Below are positions 18,102 to 27,913 of a stretch of DNA of 64,000 nucleotides, one piece after another (position 1 is the stretch's first letter; each line of letters starts with the position of its first letter). The position numbers and the translations under genes are program-made. Where the stretch lies: positions 13,773 to 77,772 of the forward strand of contig CAYMTW010000003.1 in the NCBI GenBank assembly GCA_964393485.1, given 5' to 3'. The notes beneath the pieces were generated by a model. That model did not search any database. It saw only the letters and a list, made by a program, of their open reading frames with translations, and was not told the DNA's origin. This DNA comes from an uncultured Melioribacter sp. (GTDB taxonomy: Bacteria > Bacteroidota > Ignavibacteria > Kapaibacteriales > Kapaibacteriaceae).

Positions 18102-19166
18102 TTGTCTGTGGAAGAACGCCTGCATAGTATCATCGACCGTTTTGCCGAGGTAGAACAGTCACTCAACGATCCCAACACCGTTAACAATCCGGCATTGCTT
18201 CGCGAGGCCAGTCGCGAATACAAAAGCCTGTTGCCGATCGTCACCGCCGGACGTGAGTACCTCGACGTGGTCGAACAGGTACGATCGAACCGTGCACTTA
18301 TTGACGATGCCTCCACGGATGCTGATCTGCGTGATATGGCCTACGAGGATACACGTCACCTGGAGGAGCGCCTCGCCGTTCTCGATGAGCAGCTTACCGT
18401 GCTGCTCATCCCACGTGACCCGAATGACCTGAAAGACTGCATCGTGGAACTACGTGCCGGAACAGGGGGCGATGAAGCTGCACTGTTTGTTGGCGATCTG
18501 TACCGGATGTATCAGCGCTTCTGTGAGCGTCGGGGCTGGACGATCGAGACGATCGACATCACCGAAAGTGAGCGAGGGGGCTTCAAGGAGATTACCTTCG
18601 AGGTTCATGGCGACGAGGCCTACGGTGTGCTGAAGTACGAGAGCGGCGTCCACCGCGTGCAGCGCGTACCGGAAACCGAGGCTCAGGGTCGCATACACAC
18701 CTCTGCTGCGACCGTAGCGGTATTGCCTGAGGCCGAAGAAGTGGACGTACAGATCAACGAGTCGGACCTGCGTATTGACATCTTCCGGTCAGGGGGCAAG
18801 GGCGGACAGAACGTCAACAAGGTCGAAACAGCCGTGCGACTGGTCCACATCCCCACAGGCATCGTTGTCCAATGTCAGGACGAACGCTCGCAACTCAAGA
18901 ACAAAGACAAGGCCATGAAGGTGCTGCGGGCTCGCCTCTATGACCTTGAGCTCGAGCGCCAGCAGTCGGCCATTGCCGGAGCACGCAAGGACATGGTCCG
19001 CTCGGGTGACCGCTCCGAGAAGATTCGCACCTATAACTGGCCCCAGAATCGCGTCACAGACCATCGCCTGGAAGGTGATGCCAAGAACCACCCCCTACAG
19101 GGTGTCGTGGATGGCGATCTGGATGAGATCATCACGGCCCTGCGAGTGGCCGAAAACGCCCCCTGA
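18102..19166 (+). CDS. prfA: Peptide chain release factor 1
   Basis: GGQ motif ([19 protein letters not shown]), RF1-type context [23 protein letters not shown], and full-length collinearity. TTG 18102 or GTG 18108 start. Confidence 0.93.
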   Translation: MSVEERLHSIIDRFAEVEQSLNDPNTVNNPALLREASREYKSLLPIVTAGREYLDVVEQVRSNRALIDDASTDADLRDMAYEDTRHLEERLAVLDEQLTVLLIPRDPNDLKDCIVELRAGTGGDEAALFVGDLYRMYQRFCERRGWTIETIDITESERGGFKEITFEVHGDEAYGVLKYESGVHRVQRVPETEAQGRIHTSAATVAVLPEAEEVDVQINESDLRIDIFRSGGKGGQNVNKVETAVRLVHIPTGIVVQCQDERSQLKNKDKAMKVLRARLYDLELERQQSAIAGARKDMVRSGDRSEKIRTYNWPQNRVTDHRLEGDAKNHPLQGVVDGDLDEIITALRVAENAP

Positions 19167-19169
19167 TAC

Positions 19170-19631
19170 ATGTCACTTAAAGAACGCCTCAAACAGCAGA
19201 AGTTTACCTCCGCCCAGCAGGAAGCCGTTCTTGGCATTCTCTCCTGCGCCGACATCATCAATCGTCGGATGGATGAACTGGTGAACCCCTTCAACATCAC
19301 CATCGCGCAGTACAATGTGCTGCGCATCTTACGTGGCGTTTATCCGGGCGGTCACCCCCGTGGCGAGATCACCTCGCGCATGATCCAGAAAGCACCCGAC
19401 GTCACGCGTCTGATCGACCGGCTGGAAATACTGGGCCTCGTGGTCCGCAGCAAAAGTCAAGATGATGGCCGTCTCTCCATGAGCACCATCACCGACAAGG
19501 GGCTTGCCCTTCTTTCAGAACTCGACCCCATCATCCGCCGCTTTGACCGTCAGCTCCGCTCGGCCCTTCCCGATCCCGATGCCACCGCCGTCTCAACGAT
19601 CATCGATCATCTCGTCGATGGGTTGGAGTAG
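19170..19631 (+). CDS. MarR-family transcriptional regulator
   Basis: Winged-helix block ITIAQYNVLRILRG..GEITSRMIQKAPDVTRLIDRLEILGLVVRSKSQDDGRLSMSTITDKG. Confidence 0.88.
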   Translation: MSLKERLKQQKFTSAQQEAVLGILSCADIINRRMDELVNPFNITIAQYNVLRILRGVYPGGHPRGEITSRMIQKAPDVTRLIDRLEILGLVVRSKSQDDGRLSMSTITDKGLALLSELDPIIRRFDRQLRSALPDPDATAVSTIIDHLVDGLE

Positions 19632-19748
19632 TTTGAGGTGTGAGGTTTTGGGTTTGGGGTGTGAGGTGTCATTCCTGCAAATGCAGGAAGCGTGTTGCAA
19701 CTGACTACATCATCCGTATCCCGTATCCCGCACCCCATACCCCTCTTG
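19631..19748 (+). repeat. Repeat locus A: GT-rich heptamers + GTCATTCC hairpin unit + C-rich CCGTATC-type heptamers
   Basis: 19631..19665 reads GTTTGAG GTGTGAG GTTTTGG GTTTGGG GTGTGAG. It is followed by GTGTCATTCCTGCAAATGCAGGAAGCG (hairpin TTCCTGCA/TGCAGGAA, 19672..19689). 19714..19748 reads CCGTATC CCGTATC CCGCACC CCATACC CCTCTTG. Confidence 0.9.
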
Positions 19749-20498
19749 CCCCTTTCCATCATCATCCCTGCCCTCAACGAAGAACGATCCATCGGCATCG
19801 TGATCGACTCCGTGCGGGAATATGTGGACCACGTTGTTGTTGTGGACAATGGATCAACCGACAGAACAGCCGAGGTGGCGCGCGATCATGGCGCAATGGT
19901 TGTGCATGAGCCGCAGCGCGGCTATGGGGCCGCCTGTTTGCGAGGCATTGAAGCCCTGCGCGAGATCCATCAACATTCGCCATCGGGCGTTGATCCGTCC
20001 CCCGGGCCAAGGCCCGGGGCTACTGTTGTCAAACGTCCCTCTTCATTTGTTCTTTTCCTCGATGCTGACGCTAGCGATCATCCCGAGGATGTGCGGGCGA
20101 TCATCGAGGTGATGCAAACGACGGACGTTGGGATGTGTCTAGGCAGCCGGACGACGGGGCTTGCTGATGCGGGTTCACTCACACCGCAGCAGAGGTTTGG
20201 GAATTGGCTTTCGACGCGGCTGATCGCATTGATCTGGAAGACGCGGTTCACCGACCTGGGTCCGCTAAGGGCCGTGCGCTGGGATGTCCTTGAGGAGCTT
20301 GACATGCAGGATCGCACCTGGGGCTGGACAGTGGAGATGCAGATCAAGGTGGCCCGCCACGGCATTGCTTTCCGCGAGATCCCCGTGCGGTATCGCCGTC
20401 GCATCGGTCAGTCGAAGATCTCTGGAACCGTCGTAGGTTCGGTCCGTGCGGGTGCAAAGATTCTCTCAACCATCGCGCGTCTGGCCCTGGGTCGCTGA
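19746..20498 (+). CDS. Family-2 glycosyltransferase (polyprenyl-phosphate glycosyltransferase-like)
   Basis: LSIIIPALNEERSIG, VVVVDNGSTDRT, FLDADASD. The ORF is open from GTG 19692, but 19692..19748 is repeat sequence (locus A). TTG 19746 gives the canonical MPLSIIIPALNEE. Confidence 0.8.
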   Translation: MPLSIIIPALNEERSIGIVIDSVREYVDHVVVVDNGSTDRTAEVARDHGAMVVHEPQRGYGAACLRGIEALREIHQHSPSGVDPSPGPRPGATVVKRPSSFVLFLDADASDHPEDVRAIIEVMQTTDVGMCLGSRTTGLADAGSLTPQQRFGNWLSTRLIALIWKTRFTDLGPLRAVRWDVLEELDMQDRTWGWTVEMQIKVARHGIAFREIPVRYRRRIGQSKISGTVVGSVRAGAKILSTIARLALGR

Positions 20499-21780
20499 CG
20501 CATCCCTGCTGGTCATCCTTATGGGAATGATCCAGCTTACGCTTCCGCATGTGGATGTTGCAGCATCCATGCCGGATCCGATCACCGTCTGGTACAACCT
20601 CTCGGCCGCGTGGCTTGGTCTGGTTGTGGCATTCTTCCGATGCCCTGCGCATCAGCGAGAAGCACTGCAACGTCGGGCGCGGACGGTTCTCATTTTAGCG
20701 GTTCTGTGCACGGCTCTTCCCAGCGGACTCTTCACCGATGATGCATTGCGGTATCAGTGGGATGGATGGCTGACCACGCATCGGGAAAGCCCCTTTACAG
20801 CAGCTCCCGAATCAGCTGATCTGCAGTATCTGCGCCATCCCACGGGCACGGCCATGCTCCCCGATGACCTACCGTATGCCGATATGCTGACAATCTACCC
20901 GCCGGGTGCGCAGCTAGTGTTTGCCCTAGCATCGTTGGCTTCAGGGGGCGATGCACTGCTGTGGAAGCTCTCGATGTGGGTACTCTTTGTAGCTCTGGGC
21001 GCAGCACTCTGGCGTGCAATGGATGCGGCACAGCGTCCATGGCTTCTGCTCGTGGGTCTGTCGCCTGTGGTGCTGCTGCACGGCTTTATCGACGTGCACA
21101 TCGACCTGGCCATGGCCTTCATGATGATGCTCGCATTTGCGGCACGTAACCGCGGATACATCATCGTCGGCGGCATGCTACTGGGTGCGGCCGTCACAAT
21201 CAAATACCTACCATTGCTTGCACTGCCAGTGTTGCTATCCGGACTGGAGCGACGCCACCAGTTGCGACTGACGATGGCAATGGTACTTAGCATAACGGTT
21301 ATCTACACTCCGTTTCTCGGACCGAATCTCTTCGGCTCGCTGGGTACGTTTACCGGATCCTGGCAGACGAACTCACTGATGTACACCTTCGTAGCATCGG
21401 TTGCCGGCGAATGGCTGACACGGCCCATCCTGCTGAGCCTGGCAATAGCTGCAACATCAGGCGTGGTCGTCCGGTGGCGACGCGAACCGCTCGTTGCCCT
21501 TGCGCTAACGCTCGTCGTGCTCTACGTCCTTTCGCCTGTGGTTCACCCGTGGTATCTGCTGGCGCCCCTTGCTCTCTTGCCAATGGTGCCGCTGCGCTCC
21601 ATGATCATCTGGACGGCTTCTGTGACTTTGTATGGGGCTGGCCTTTCAACGTACAAGGGCAGCGGTGTGTGGTTGGAACACCCCGCTGCCCTTGCTGTTG
21701 AATTTATTCCTGTAATGGTCGCTCTCGTTGCCGACGTGCGGCGTGGTCCTCTATCTCTTCTGGACGAGCACCGTGCGTGA
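20446..21780 (+). CDS. GT-C-fold polytopic membrane glycosyltransferase (DUF2029/GT87/PMT-like)
   Basis: About 11 TM helices. The loop DALRYQWDGW...TIYPPGAQLVFAL resembles polyprenyl-phosphate-sugar-dependent GT-C enzymes. Start uncertain: GTG 20446 (overlaps the GT2 gene) or ATG 20521. Confidence 0.45.
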   Translation: MRVQRFSQPSRVWPWVADASLLVILMGMIQLTLPHVDVAASMPDPITVWYNLSAAWLGLVVAFFRCPAHQREALQRRARTVLILAVLCTALPSGLFTDDALRYQWDGWLTTHRESPFTAAPESADLQYLRHPTGTAMLPDDLPYADMLTIYPPGAQLVFALASLASGGDALLWKLSMWVLFVALGAALWRAMDAAQRPWLLLVGLSPVVLLHGFIDVHIDLAMAFMMMLAFAARNRGYIIVGGMLLGAAVTIKYLPLLALPVLLSGLERRHQLRLTMAMVLSITVIYTPFLGPNLFGSLGTFTGSWQTNSLMYTFVASVAGEWLTRPILLSLAIAATSGVVVRWRREPLVALALTLVVLYVLSPVVHPWYLLAPLALLPMVPLRSMIIWTASVTLYGAGLSTYKGSGVWLEHPAALAVEFIPVMVALVADVRRGPLSLLDEHRA

Positions 21781-23832
21781 CTCGCCACCGGCGCGCAGCG
21801 TGACCACATACATGCCAGTTGCACCATCAAGCTCAACCGTCTGGTACTGGGCTGCCGAGCCAACGAAGGTCACGATACGGCCCATCACATCGCGCACTGA
21901 AACCTCGACACCTTCGGCACCGGCGATCGTAAAGGCACCCGACGTTGGATTCGGATACACAGCGATAGAGGTGCCTTCGATCAGATCGTCGACGCTCGTT
22001 GTTCCAACGAGGAAGTTTTCCGACCAGCGCTCACAGCCGGCTGTGTCAGAGATCAGAACACGATAGTTGCCTTCTCCGGAGATCTTGATCGTCCGTGATG
22101 TAGCACCGCTGATCTTCTTTCCTTCACGATACCACTGATAGTTCACAAGATCAACACTACAGGTCAGCTCATCGGCCTTGCGCGTGATGAGGGGTACCGT
22201 CAGACCCGGAGCGACAACGACCTTGATCGTGTCCGAGTTTTTGATGCACTCGTCAAAGCCCTTGATGCGGCAGTAGATCGTGTATGTACCAGTTTTCAGG
22301 TTGGTTGTCTTCAGCGTGTAGCTGGGTTCCGGATCCTTCGTGCCGTTGACGAACCACTCATACGAGGGATAACCGAGACGGGCCACGATCGGACGATCCA
22401 TTCCTTCGCAGATCTTCAGTTCGTTCGAATTCGGGCGAAGCTGCGTGCTCGGACCGCAGTCGAGCGCGGCTAGGAAGATGTCGTCGAAACCCTCTCCATT
22501 GTACCGAATGTCATCGAAGAACGCATACGTTTCAAAGATGCCGGCAACGTACGGGATGCCCTTGGCATCAATGCCTACACCCGTTACGGCGTCTTCATAG
22601 GGTCCACCGAAGGTTTTCACCCAGTCAACGTCGCCGTTTGACAGCAGGCGCATCACGAAGCCATCGCTTGCCCCGTATGACTCTTGCTGGAACGTCTCCA
22701 GAATCGTTGTACTGTCGAACGAGCCACCCACAAACATGTTACCCTTGGCATCAGCGACAATACACGACGCCGTTTCTTCGAAGATGCTTCCATAGCGACG
22801 CAGAAGCTCGAAATCTCCATCGCGGTTAACCTTGACCACGAAGACATCTGGATCGTTCTCGCCGTCGGCCTTGAGGGTTTTGGTGTCGAAGGTCGTTGTC
22901 AGACGCATCGTTCCTGCCAGCAACAACTTGCCGTCCACTGTGGTATTGGCACCAATCTGGAAGTCTGGCTCGCTTGAGCCGATACGCTTGCACCACAACG
23001 GCTGTCCCGATGCATTGAGCGCACGCACGAAGAAGTCCGTGCGGTTGACAAAGCTCTCAATTGTATTGCTACCGAAATTGACCATTCCGATGAAGTTGCC
23101 GACGGCATAGATACGGTCTCCGTTCGGCGTCACGTGAACATGAAGCGTCTGATCGTTATCCGCCGAACCAGCACCTTGCACCCATTGAACGTCACCATTG
23201 GCATTGAGCTTGGCAACAAAGGCATCGAGTTTGCCGGCAGAGGTGTACTTCTTCGTTCCGAACTGTCCTGATCCACCAATGCCGCCAGCCACATACACAT
23301 TGCCCGTTGAGTCAACGGCAAGTGAAGGGGCTCCTTCGTCGTATGATGGAGAACCAAAGACCTTTACCCATTGAAGGAGGCCCTCTTTGCTGATCTTGAC
23401 AACGAACATGTCCATCGACGATGGATCGATGCTCTCTATCTGCTCACCAGCAACGACGGCCACATCGATAAAGGCTCCGGCATAGTACGTGTTGCCCTTA
23501 TTATCGACCACGATGGAACGGCCTTCGTCAGCGTCCAGGCCGCCATGGGAAGCCGCCGTGGTGACGTTACCCTTCGAGTTGAAGCGGGCCGTGAAGACAT
23601 CGTAACTGCCCACTGACTGCAGGATAATTCCGCCAACGTCGAGTGAATCTGAAAAGGTGCCGATAAGGTTACATGAGCCGTCCGCGCCCACCTGAAGTTG
23701 TTCAACCTTATCGAAGCTCGGACCTCCGAGCGTCTTGATCCAGGTGATACGCTGTGCTTGGAGCGTCAGAGTGCATGAGATCGCTACCAGCATCATGGTG
23801 ATGATGCTTAGGCGTGCGGATGAGCGAATCAT
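21751..23832 (-). CDS. 693-aa SBBP-type beta-propeller protein with Ig-like modules and T9SS CTD
   Basis: Signal peptide. Repeated units YDVFTARFNSKGN, DMFVVKISKEGLLQW, DAFVAKLNANGDVQW, DFFVRALNASGQPLW, DVFVVKVNRDGDF, DGFVMRLLSNGDVDW. Ig-like modules (YEWFVNG, YQWYREGKKISGATS). CTD IAVYPNPTSGAFTI..GMYVVTLRAGGESRTVLVQKR. Confidence 0.75.
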   Translation of the reverse strand: MIRSSARLSIITMMLVAISCTLTLQAQRITWIKTLGGPSFDKVEQLQVGADGSCNLIGTFSDSLDVGGIILQSVGSYDVFTARFNSKGNVTTAASHGGLDADEGRSIVVDNKGNTYYAGAFIDVAVVAGEQIESIDPSSMDMFVVKISKEGLLQWVKVFGSPSYDEGAPSLAVDSTGNVYVAGGIGGSGQFGTKKYTSAGKLDAFVAKLNANGDVQWVQGAGSADNDQTLHVHVTPNGDRIYAVGNFIGMVNFGSNTIESFVNRTDFFVRALNASGQPLWCKRIGSSEPDFQIGANTTVDGKLLLAGTMRLTTTFDTKTLKADGENDPDVFVVKVNRDGDFELLRRYGSIFEETASCIVADAKGNMFVGGSFDSTTILETFQQESYGASDGFVMRLLSNGDVDWVKTFGGPYEDAVTGVGIDAKGIPYVAGIFETYAFFDDIRYNGEGFDDIFLAALDCGPSTQLRPNSNELKICEGMDRPIVARLGYPSYEWFVNGTKDPEPSYTLKTTNLKTGTYTIYCRIKGFDECIKNSDTIKVVVAPGLTVPLITRKADELTCSVDLVNYQWYREGKKISGATSRTIKISGEGNYRVLISDTAGCERWSENFLVGTTSVDDLIEGTSIAVYPNPTSGAFTIAGAEGVEVSVRDVMGRIVTFVGSAAQYQTVELDGATGMYVVTLRAGGESRTVLVQKR

Positions 23833-23846
23833 TGCGTTCCTCCCGG

Positions 23847-24434
23847 TCAGGGCTGCAAGCCCCTTCCCGATTTCTTGATGGAATCCGTGGTTTTCAGTTC
23901 TTCGATGATCGCGTCGAGAATGCCGTTGATGAACGTACCACTCTTGTCCGTCGAGTATCTCTTTGCTAATTCGATGACTTCGTTAATGGTTACCTTGATG
24001 GGGATTTCCTGACAAGAAAGCAGCTCTGCAATGGCCATGCGCATCAGGATAATATCCAGCGCGGCAATGCGGTCGAACTCCCAGTTCTGGGCATGCTTTT
24101 GAATCAGTTCTGTACCGGCAACCTTTCCGTCGATCGCGGCAGCGATTACGCGCCTGGCGTATTCGATATCATCATTATTCCACGAGATCGGGATGTCGGC
24201 CTCCAATTCGTGCACCTCGTCCGGACGCAGAATGCGGGTCCCTTCGGGCGCATCCTTGGAATCGAACGTGAACTGACGGTAGAACACATGGCGAAAGGCA
24301 ACGTCGACTTCGACATCGCCGCCATCAATGGCCGACAGGATCTGCAGGACCTTTTCCCGGGCCAGGTGCCGCGAGCCCCTAACCGTTGTCTTGTGACTAA
24401 CGGGAAACTCGTTCGACTGTTCTGAATCTGTCAA
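23847..24434 (-). CDS. nusB: Transcription antitermination factor NusB
   Basis: REKVLQILSA.., AALDIILMRMAIAELL, PIKVTINEVIELAKRYSTDKSGTFINGILDAI. The N-terminus is longer than usual. Confidence 0.88.
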   Translation of the reverse strand: MTDSEQSNEFPVSHKTTVRGSRHLAREKVLQILSAIDGGDVEVDVAFRHVFYRQFTFDSKDAPEGTRILRPDEVHELEADIPISWNNDDIEYARRVIAAAIDGKVAGTELIQKHAQNWEFDRIAALDIILMRMAIAELLSCQEIPIKVTINEVIELAKRYSTDKSGTFINGILDAIIEELKTTDSIKKSGRGLQP

Positions 24435-24449
24435 TGGATCTCCACCGTA

Positions 24450-25538
24450 TTAGACGCCACGAATTGTTGGACTGCCAACATACGAACCGTGAACGTGCCG
24501 CACCTGGCGCAGACGTTCCTCGGCAATGGCGTTGGAGGCTTCGATGGTGAGAAGATTTCGCTCAGTAGCAATGCGGAAGATGTTAGCCGTGATGTCGTAC
24601 ACACCTTCGGCCTGACGCATGACCTTGGCCCGATCATAGCCTTCGACTTCAGAGGCCACGTTCATCAGTCCACCGGAGTTGACGACGTAATCCGGAGCGT
24701 AGAGGATTCCCTTGCTTCGCAGCATTTCGGCATGCTTCTTCTCGTCCTTGAGCTGATTGTTTGCACCACCGCAGACGATTGAGCACTGCATGGCGGGAAT
24801 GGTATCATCATTGAGAATGGCACCCAGAGCGTTCGGTGAGAATACATCGCAAGCTGTCGTATAGACAGCATCCGGTGCGATGACCTCTGCGCCGGTTCGC
24901 GCGGCAAGAGCCTTGACCTTGTCGTCGTAGATATCTGAAATGAGCACGCGAGCCCCATCCTTGACGAGATGTTCGACGAGGTAGGTGGCAACATTGCCGG
25001 CACCTTGCACAACAACTGTCTTACCCGCGAGCGAATCATTGCCCCACGTGGCCTTTGCCGATGCACGCATACCTGAATACACACCGAGGGCCGTTACTGG
25101 ACTCGGATCACCCGAACCACCGGGTCCGCCGATACCAGTCACGTACTTCGTTTCCATGCGGATCCATTCCATGTCCCGCACGCTGGTTCCGACGTCTTCA
25201 GCTGTGATGTAGCGTCCACGGAGGCTCTCAACCATCCGTCCGAAGGCCCGGAAGAGTCCTTCGCTCTTGTCTGTGCGCGGATCACCTATGATCACGGCCT
25301 TACCGCCGCCGAGGTTCACACCGCTGACGGCCGCCTTGTAGGTCATGCCCCGGGAGAGACGGAGTACATCCGTGATGGCGGCCTCGTCGGATTCATACTT
25401 CCAGAAGCGTGTGCCACCCAAGGAAGGGCCGAGCGAAGTGTTGTGAATGCCGATGATGGCACGAAGGCCGGTGACTGTATCGGAGCAGAGAACCACTTGC
25501 TCGTGGCCCATGCCCGAGATCGTATCGAAGATGTGCAT
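24450..25538 (-). CDS. Leucine (Leu/Val/Phe) dehydrogenase
   Basis: Collinear with Bacillus-type LeuDH: LGPSLGGTRFW.Y, GMTYKAAVSGVNLGGGKAVIIGDP, VQGAGNVA, CGGANNQL. Start at M16 (cat 25536..25538); the ORF is open to 25583. Confidence 0.9.
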   Translation of the reverse strand: MHIFDTISGMGHEQVVLCSDTVTGLRAIIGIHNTSLGPSLGGTRFWKYESDEAAITDVLRLSRGMTYKAAVSGVNLGGGKAVIIGDPRTDKSEGLFRAFGRMVESLRGRYITAEDVGTSVRDMEWIRMETKYVTGIGGPGGSGDPSPVTALGVYSGMRASAKATWGNDSLAGKTVVVQGAGNVATYLVEHLVKDGARVLISDIYDDKVKALAARTGAEVIAPDAVYTTACDVFSPNALGAILNDDTIPAMQCSIVCGGANNQLKDEKKHAEMLRSKGILYAPDYVVNSGGLMNVASEVEGYDRAKVMRQAEGVYDITANIFRIATERNLLTIEASNAIAEERLRQVRHVHGSYVGSPTIRGV

Positions 25539-25615
25539 ACGGTCCAGACGTCGGTGAGGGGGGAAACTATACCCCCTCATCATGCAGACAGGGGGCTGGG
25601 GGGCCGCAAAATACG

Positions 25616-25642
25616 AACGGCCACCCTTTTGGGGTGGCCGTT
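25616..25642 (-). terminator. Putative intrinsic terminator after the RRM-protein gene
   Basis: Stem AACGGCCACCC / GGGTGGCCGTT with a TTTT(G) loop. On the minus strand it is followed by CGTATTTTG. It lies between the rbp stop (25667) and the LeuDH start. Confidence 0.5.
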
Positions 25643-25666
25643 ACAGCTCGTGATCGCAGGATTGGA

Positions 25667-25948
25667 TCAGTGACGCGGACCGCGGTCTGACCGCATAGGA
25701 CGCTCATCACGTGGACGTGCTTCATTTACCACGAGAGGACGTCCGCCAAGATTGCGGCCATTCATCGCCTCGATCGCCTGATTGCCAGCGGCAGCGTCCG
25801 GCATTTCAACAAAACCGAACCCGCGCGAACGCCCCGTGAACTTGTCCTTCACAACGGAAGCTGACTGCACGGTGCCGAACTCTGAGAACGAAGCACGAAG
25901 CTCGTTATCGTCCATTGAGTACGGCAAGTTGCCTACATAGATGTTCAT
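25667..25948 (-). CDS. Single-RRM RNA-binding protein
   Basis: RNP2 MNIYVGNLPY, RNP1 RGFGFVEM, and a Gly/Arg-rich tail. Confidence 0.92.
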   Translation of the reverse strand: MNIYVGNLPYSMDDNELRASFSEFGTVQSASVVKDKFTGRSRGFGFVEMPDAAAGNQAIEAMNGRNLGGRPLVVNEARPRDERPMRSDRGPRH

Positions 25949-26133
25949 ACATCGACCCTTTGCGGAACGATTGGACGATTTCGGTGTTGAACCACTGATT
26001 TATCTCGACCCGAAATCACCTCAGCGCCGTCCCGCCTGCGCTTTGGCGAACGCAAGTTAGCGCGAAAACACCTCGAAACAAGGAGTTTTCCACATCGACT
26101 TGAAAATTCTTTTGCGGCGTGTAGAGGCTGGTG

Positions 26134-26847
26134 TTACCGACGCAGTGAAGCTAGGTTCGCTGCCACGGCGTTCCAGTTCACCACGTTCCACCACGCCGTG
26201 ACGTAGTCAGCTCGGTTGTTCTGGTACCGCAGGTAATACGCGTGCTCCCAGACGTCGATGCCGAGGATAGGCGTCGTGCCCCATGCCGAGAGTTTGTGCT
26301 GGTTCTCGGCCTGCATCACGATGAGGCGGCCGTCGTCATGACGCACGTGCAGAAGTGCCCATCCACTTCCCTCAACGGCAACCGCGGCTGCTGTAAACTG
26401 CTTCTTGAAGGCCGCGAACGAACCGAACCCGTCGTTGATCGCCGTCAGAAGATCACCTGTTGGCTCGCCCCCTCCCAGCGTTCCGGGTGCTCCCATGACC
26501 TTCCAGAACATCGAGTGTAGCCAGTGTCCTCCACCATGAAAGGCAGCCTGCTTGGACCAGTGCTGGATAAGTGCAAAGTCGTCGGCCGCGCGTGCTTTGG
26601 CCAATTCTTCCTCGGCTTTGTTCAAGCCGTTGACGTAGGCCAGGTGGTGCTTGCCATGATGGATCTGCATGGTCTGCGCATCGATATGGGGCTCAAGGGC
26701 ATCGAAGGTATACGGCAGTGCCGGGAGCTTGTGCTTGCCGGGAGCCGGAGCAGGGTCAAAGCCGATCGAATGAAGCGAAGGGGCGCCCACTACCAGAGCG
26801 GCGGCACCGGCAGCGCCAGCGGTAAGAAAGCTTCTACGGGTTGTCAT
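26134..26847 (-). CDS. Fe/Mn superoxide dismutase with twin-arginine signal
   Basis: HHGKHHLAYVNGLN and DVWEHAYYLRYQNNRADYV. Start moved from 26949 to M35 (cat 26845..26847), which exposes MTTRRSFLTAGAAGAAALVVGAPS. Confidence 0.9.
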   Translation of the reverse strand: MTTRRSFLTAGAAGAAALVVGAPSLHSIGFDPAPAPGKHKLPALPYTFDALEPHIDAQTMQIHHGKHHLAYVNGLNKAEEELAKARAADDFALIQHWSKQAAFHGGGHWLHSMFWKVMGAPGTLGGGEPTGDLLTAINDGFGSFAAFKKQFTAAAVAVEGSGWALLHVRHDDGRLIVMQAENQHKLSAWGTTPILGIDVWEHAYYLRYQNNRADYVTAWWNVVNWNAVAANLASLRR

Positions 26848-26879
26848 CAGAACGTCCTCTGTAGGTGAACGCTTCGAAT

Positions 26880-27908
26880 CTACGTCATGTTGGCATCGCG
26901 CAGGAAGCGCTCCACTTCCAGAACGTCTTCCGTGCTGCCCATAAAACATGGAACTCTCTGATGCAGGGACGTCGGCTGCAGATCCAGGATTCGGTTCACG
27001 CCGTCAGTGGCACGTCCGCCAGCCTGTTCGACAAGGAACGACATCGGGTTGACCTCATAGACGAGGCGGAGCTTACCATCGGGCATGCGGACATCGCCCG
27101 GGTAGAGGAAGATGCCGCCATAGTGCAGTGTGCGATGAACATCCGCAACCATGGTGCCAACGTAGCGCAGGGAATATGGGCGAAGGCCGTCATCGGACGG
27201 ACGCAGCAGCCAGGATACGTAATCGCGAATGCCTTGCGGCCAGATGTGTGCATTACCGGAATTGACGGAGTAGATCTTGCCGCGCTGCGGGATCCGAATC
27301 TTCTCATAGGTGAGCAGAAACTCCCCGATGGTCGGATCGAATGTGAAAACGTCCACACCGTTTCCGCTCGAGTACACCAGCTGCGTGCTCGAACCATACA
27401 TGCAATAGCCGGCAGCCACTTGCTTCCATCCGGGTTGCAGGCAATCTTCGAGCCCGCCATCGGTGGTCTGCATCGGATCGACCCGTTTATAGATAGAGAA
27501 GATCGTACCGATGGTAACGTTCACGTCGATATTGGATGATCCATCCAGTGGATCGAACACCAGCACATACTTACCGCGCTTGTATTCATCTGGAATACGG
27601 ATCAAACCATCTGATTCTTCTGAGGCCATCACACAGAGATGTCCACCATGGTCCATGGCACGGAAGATCACCTCGTTGGCATGCAGGTCGAGACGCTTGA
27701 CACGTTCGCCGTGAACATTTGTTCCGTCGGTGGAACCGAGCACGTCATTGAGTCCAGCACGGCGCACATCACGCGCCAGAATTCGCATCGCCAACGTGAA
27801 GTCGCGCAGCAGATGGGAGAATTCACCGGTGGCTTCGGGGTGCATCGCCCCCTCCTCAGTGATATGGCGCTCAATGGTGATGAGCTTCGACGTTTTTACG
27901 ATAGGCAT
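26880..27908 (-). CDS. fbp: Fructose-1,6-bisphosphatase class 1
   Basis: VFDPLDGSSNIDVNVTIGTIFSIY, YSLRYVGTMVADVHRTL, GGIFLYPGD. Confidence 0.93.
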   Translation of the reverse strand: MPIVKTSKLITIERHITEEGAMHPEATGEFSHLLRDFTLAMRILARDVRRAGLNDVLGSTDGTNVHGERVKRLDLHANEVIFRAMDHGGHLCVMASEESDGLIRIPDEYKRGKYVLVFDPLDGSSNIDVNVTIGTIFSIYKRVDPMQTTDGGLEDCLQPGWKQVAAGYCMYGSSTQLVYSSGNGVDVFTFDPTIGEFLLTYEKIRIPQRGKIYSVNSGNAHIWPQGIRDYVSWLLRPSDDGLRPYSLRYVGTMVADVHRTLHYGGIFLYPGDVRMPDGKLRLVYEVNPMSFLVEQAGGRATDGVNRILDLQPTSLHQRVPCFMGSTEDVLEVERFLRDANMT

Positions 27909-27913
27909 GGGTC

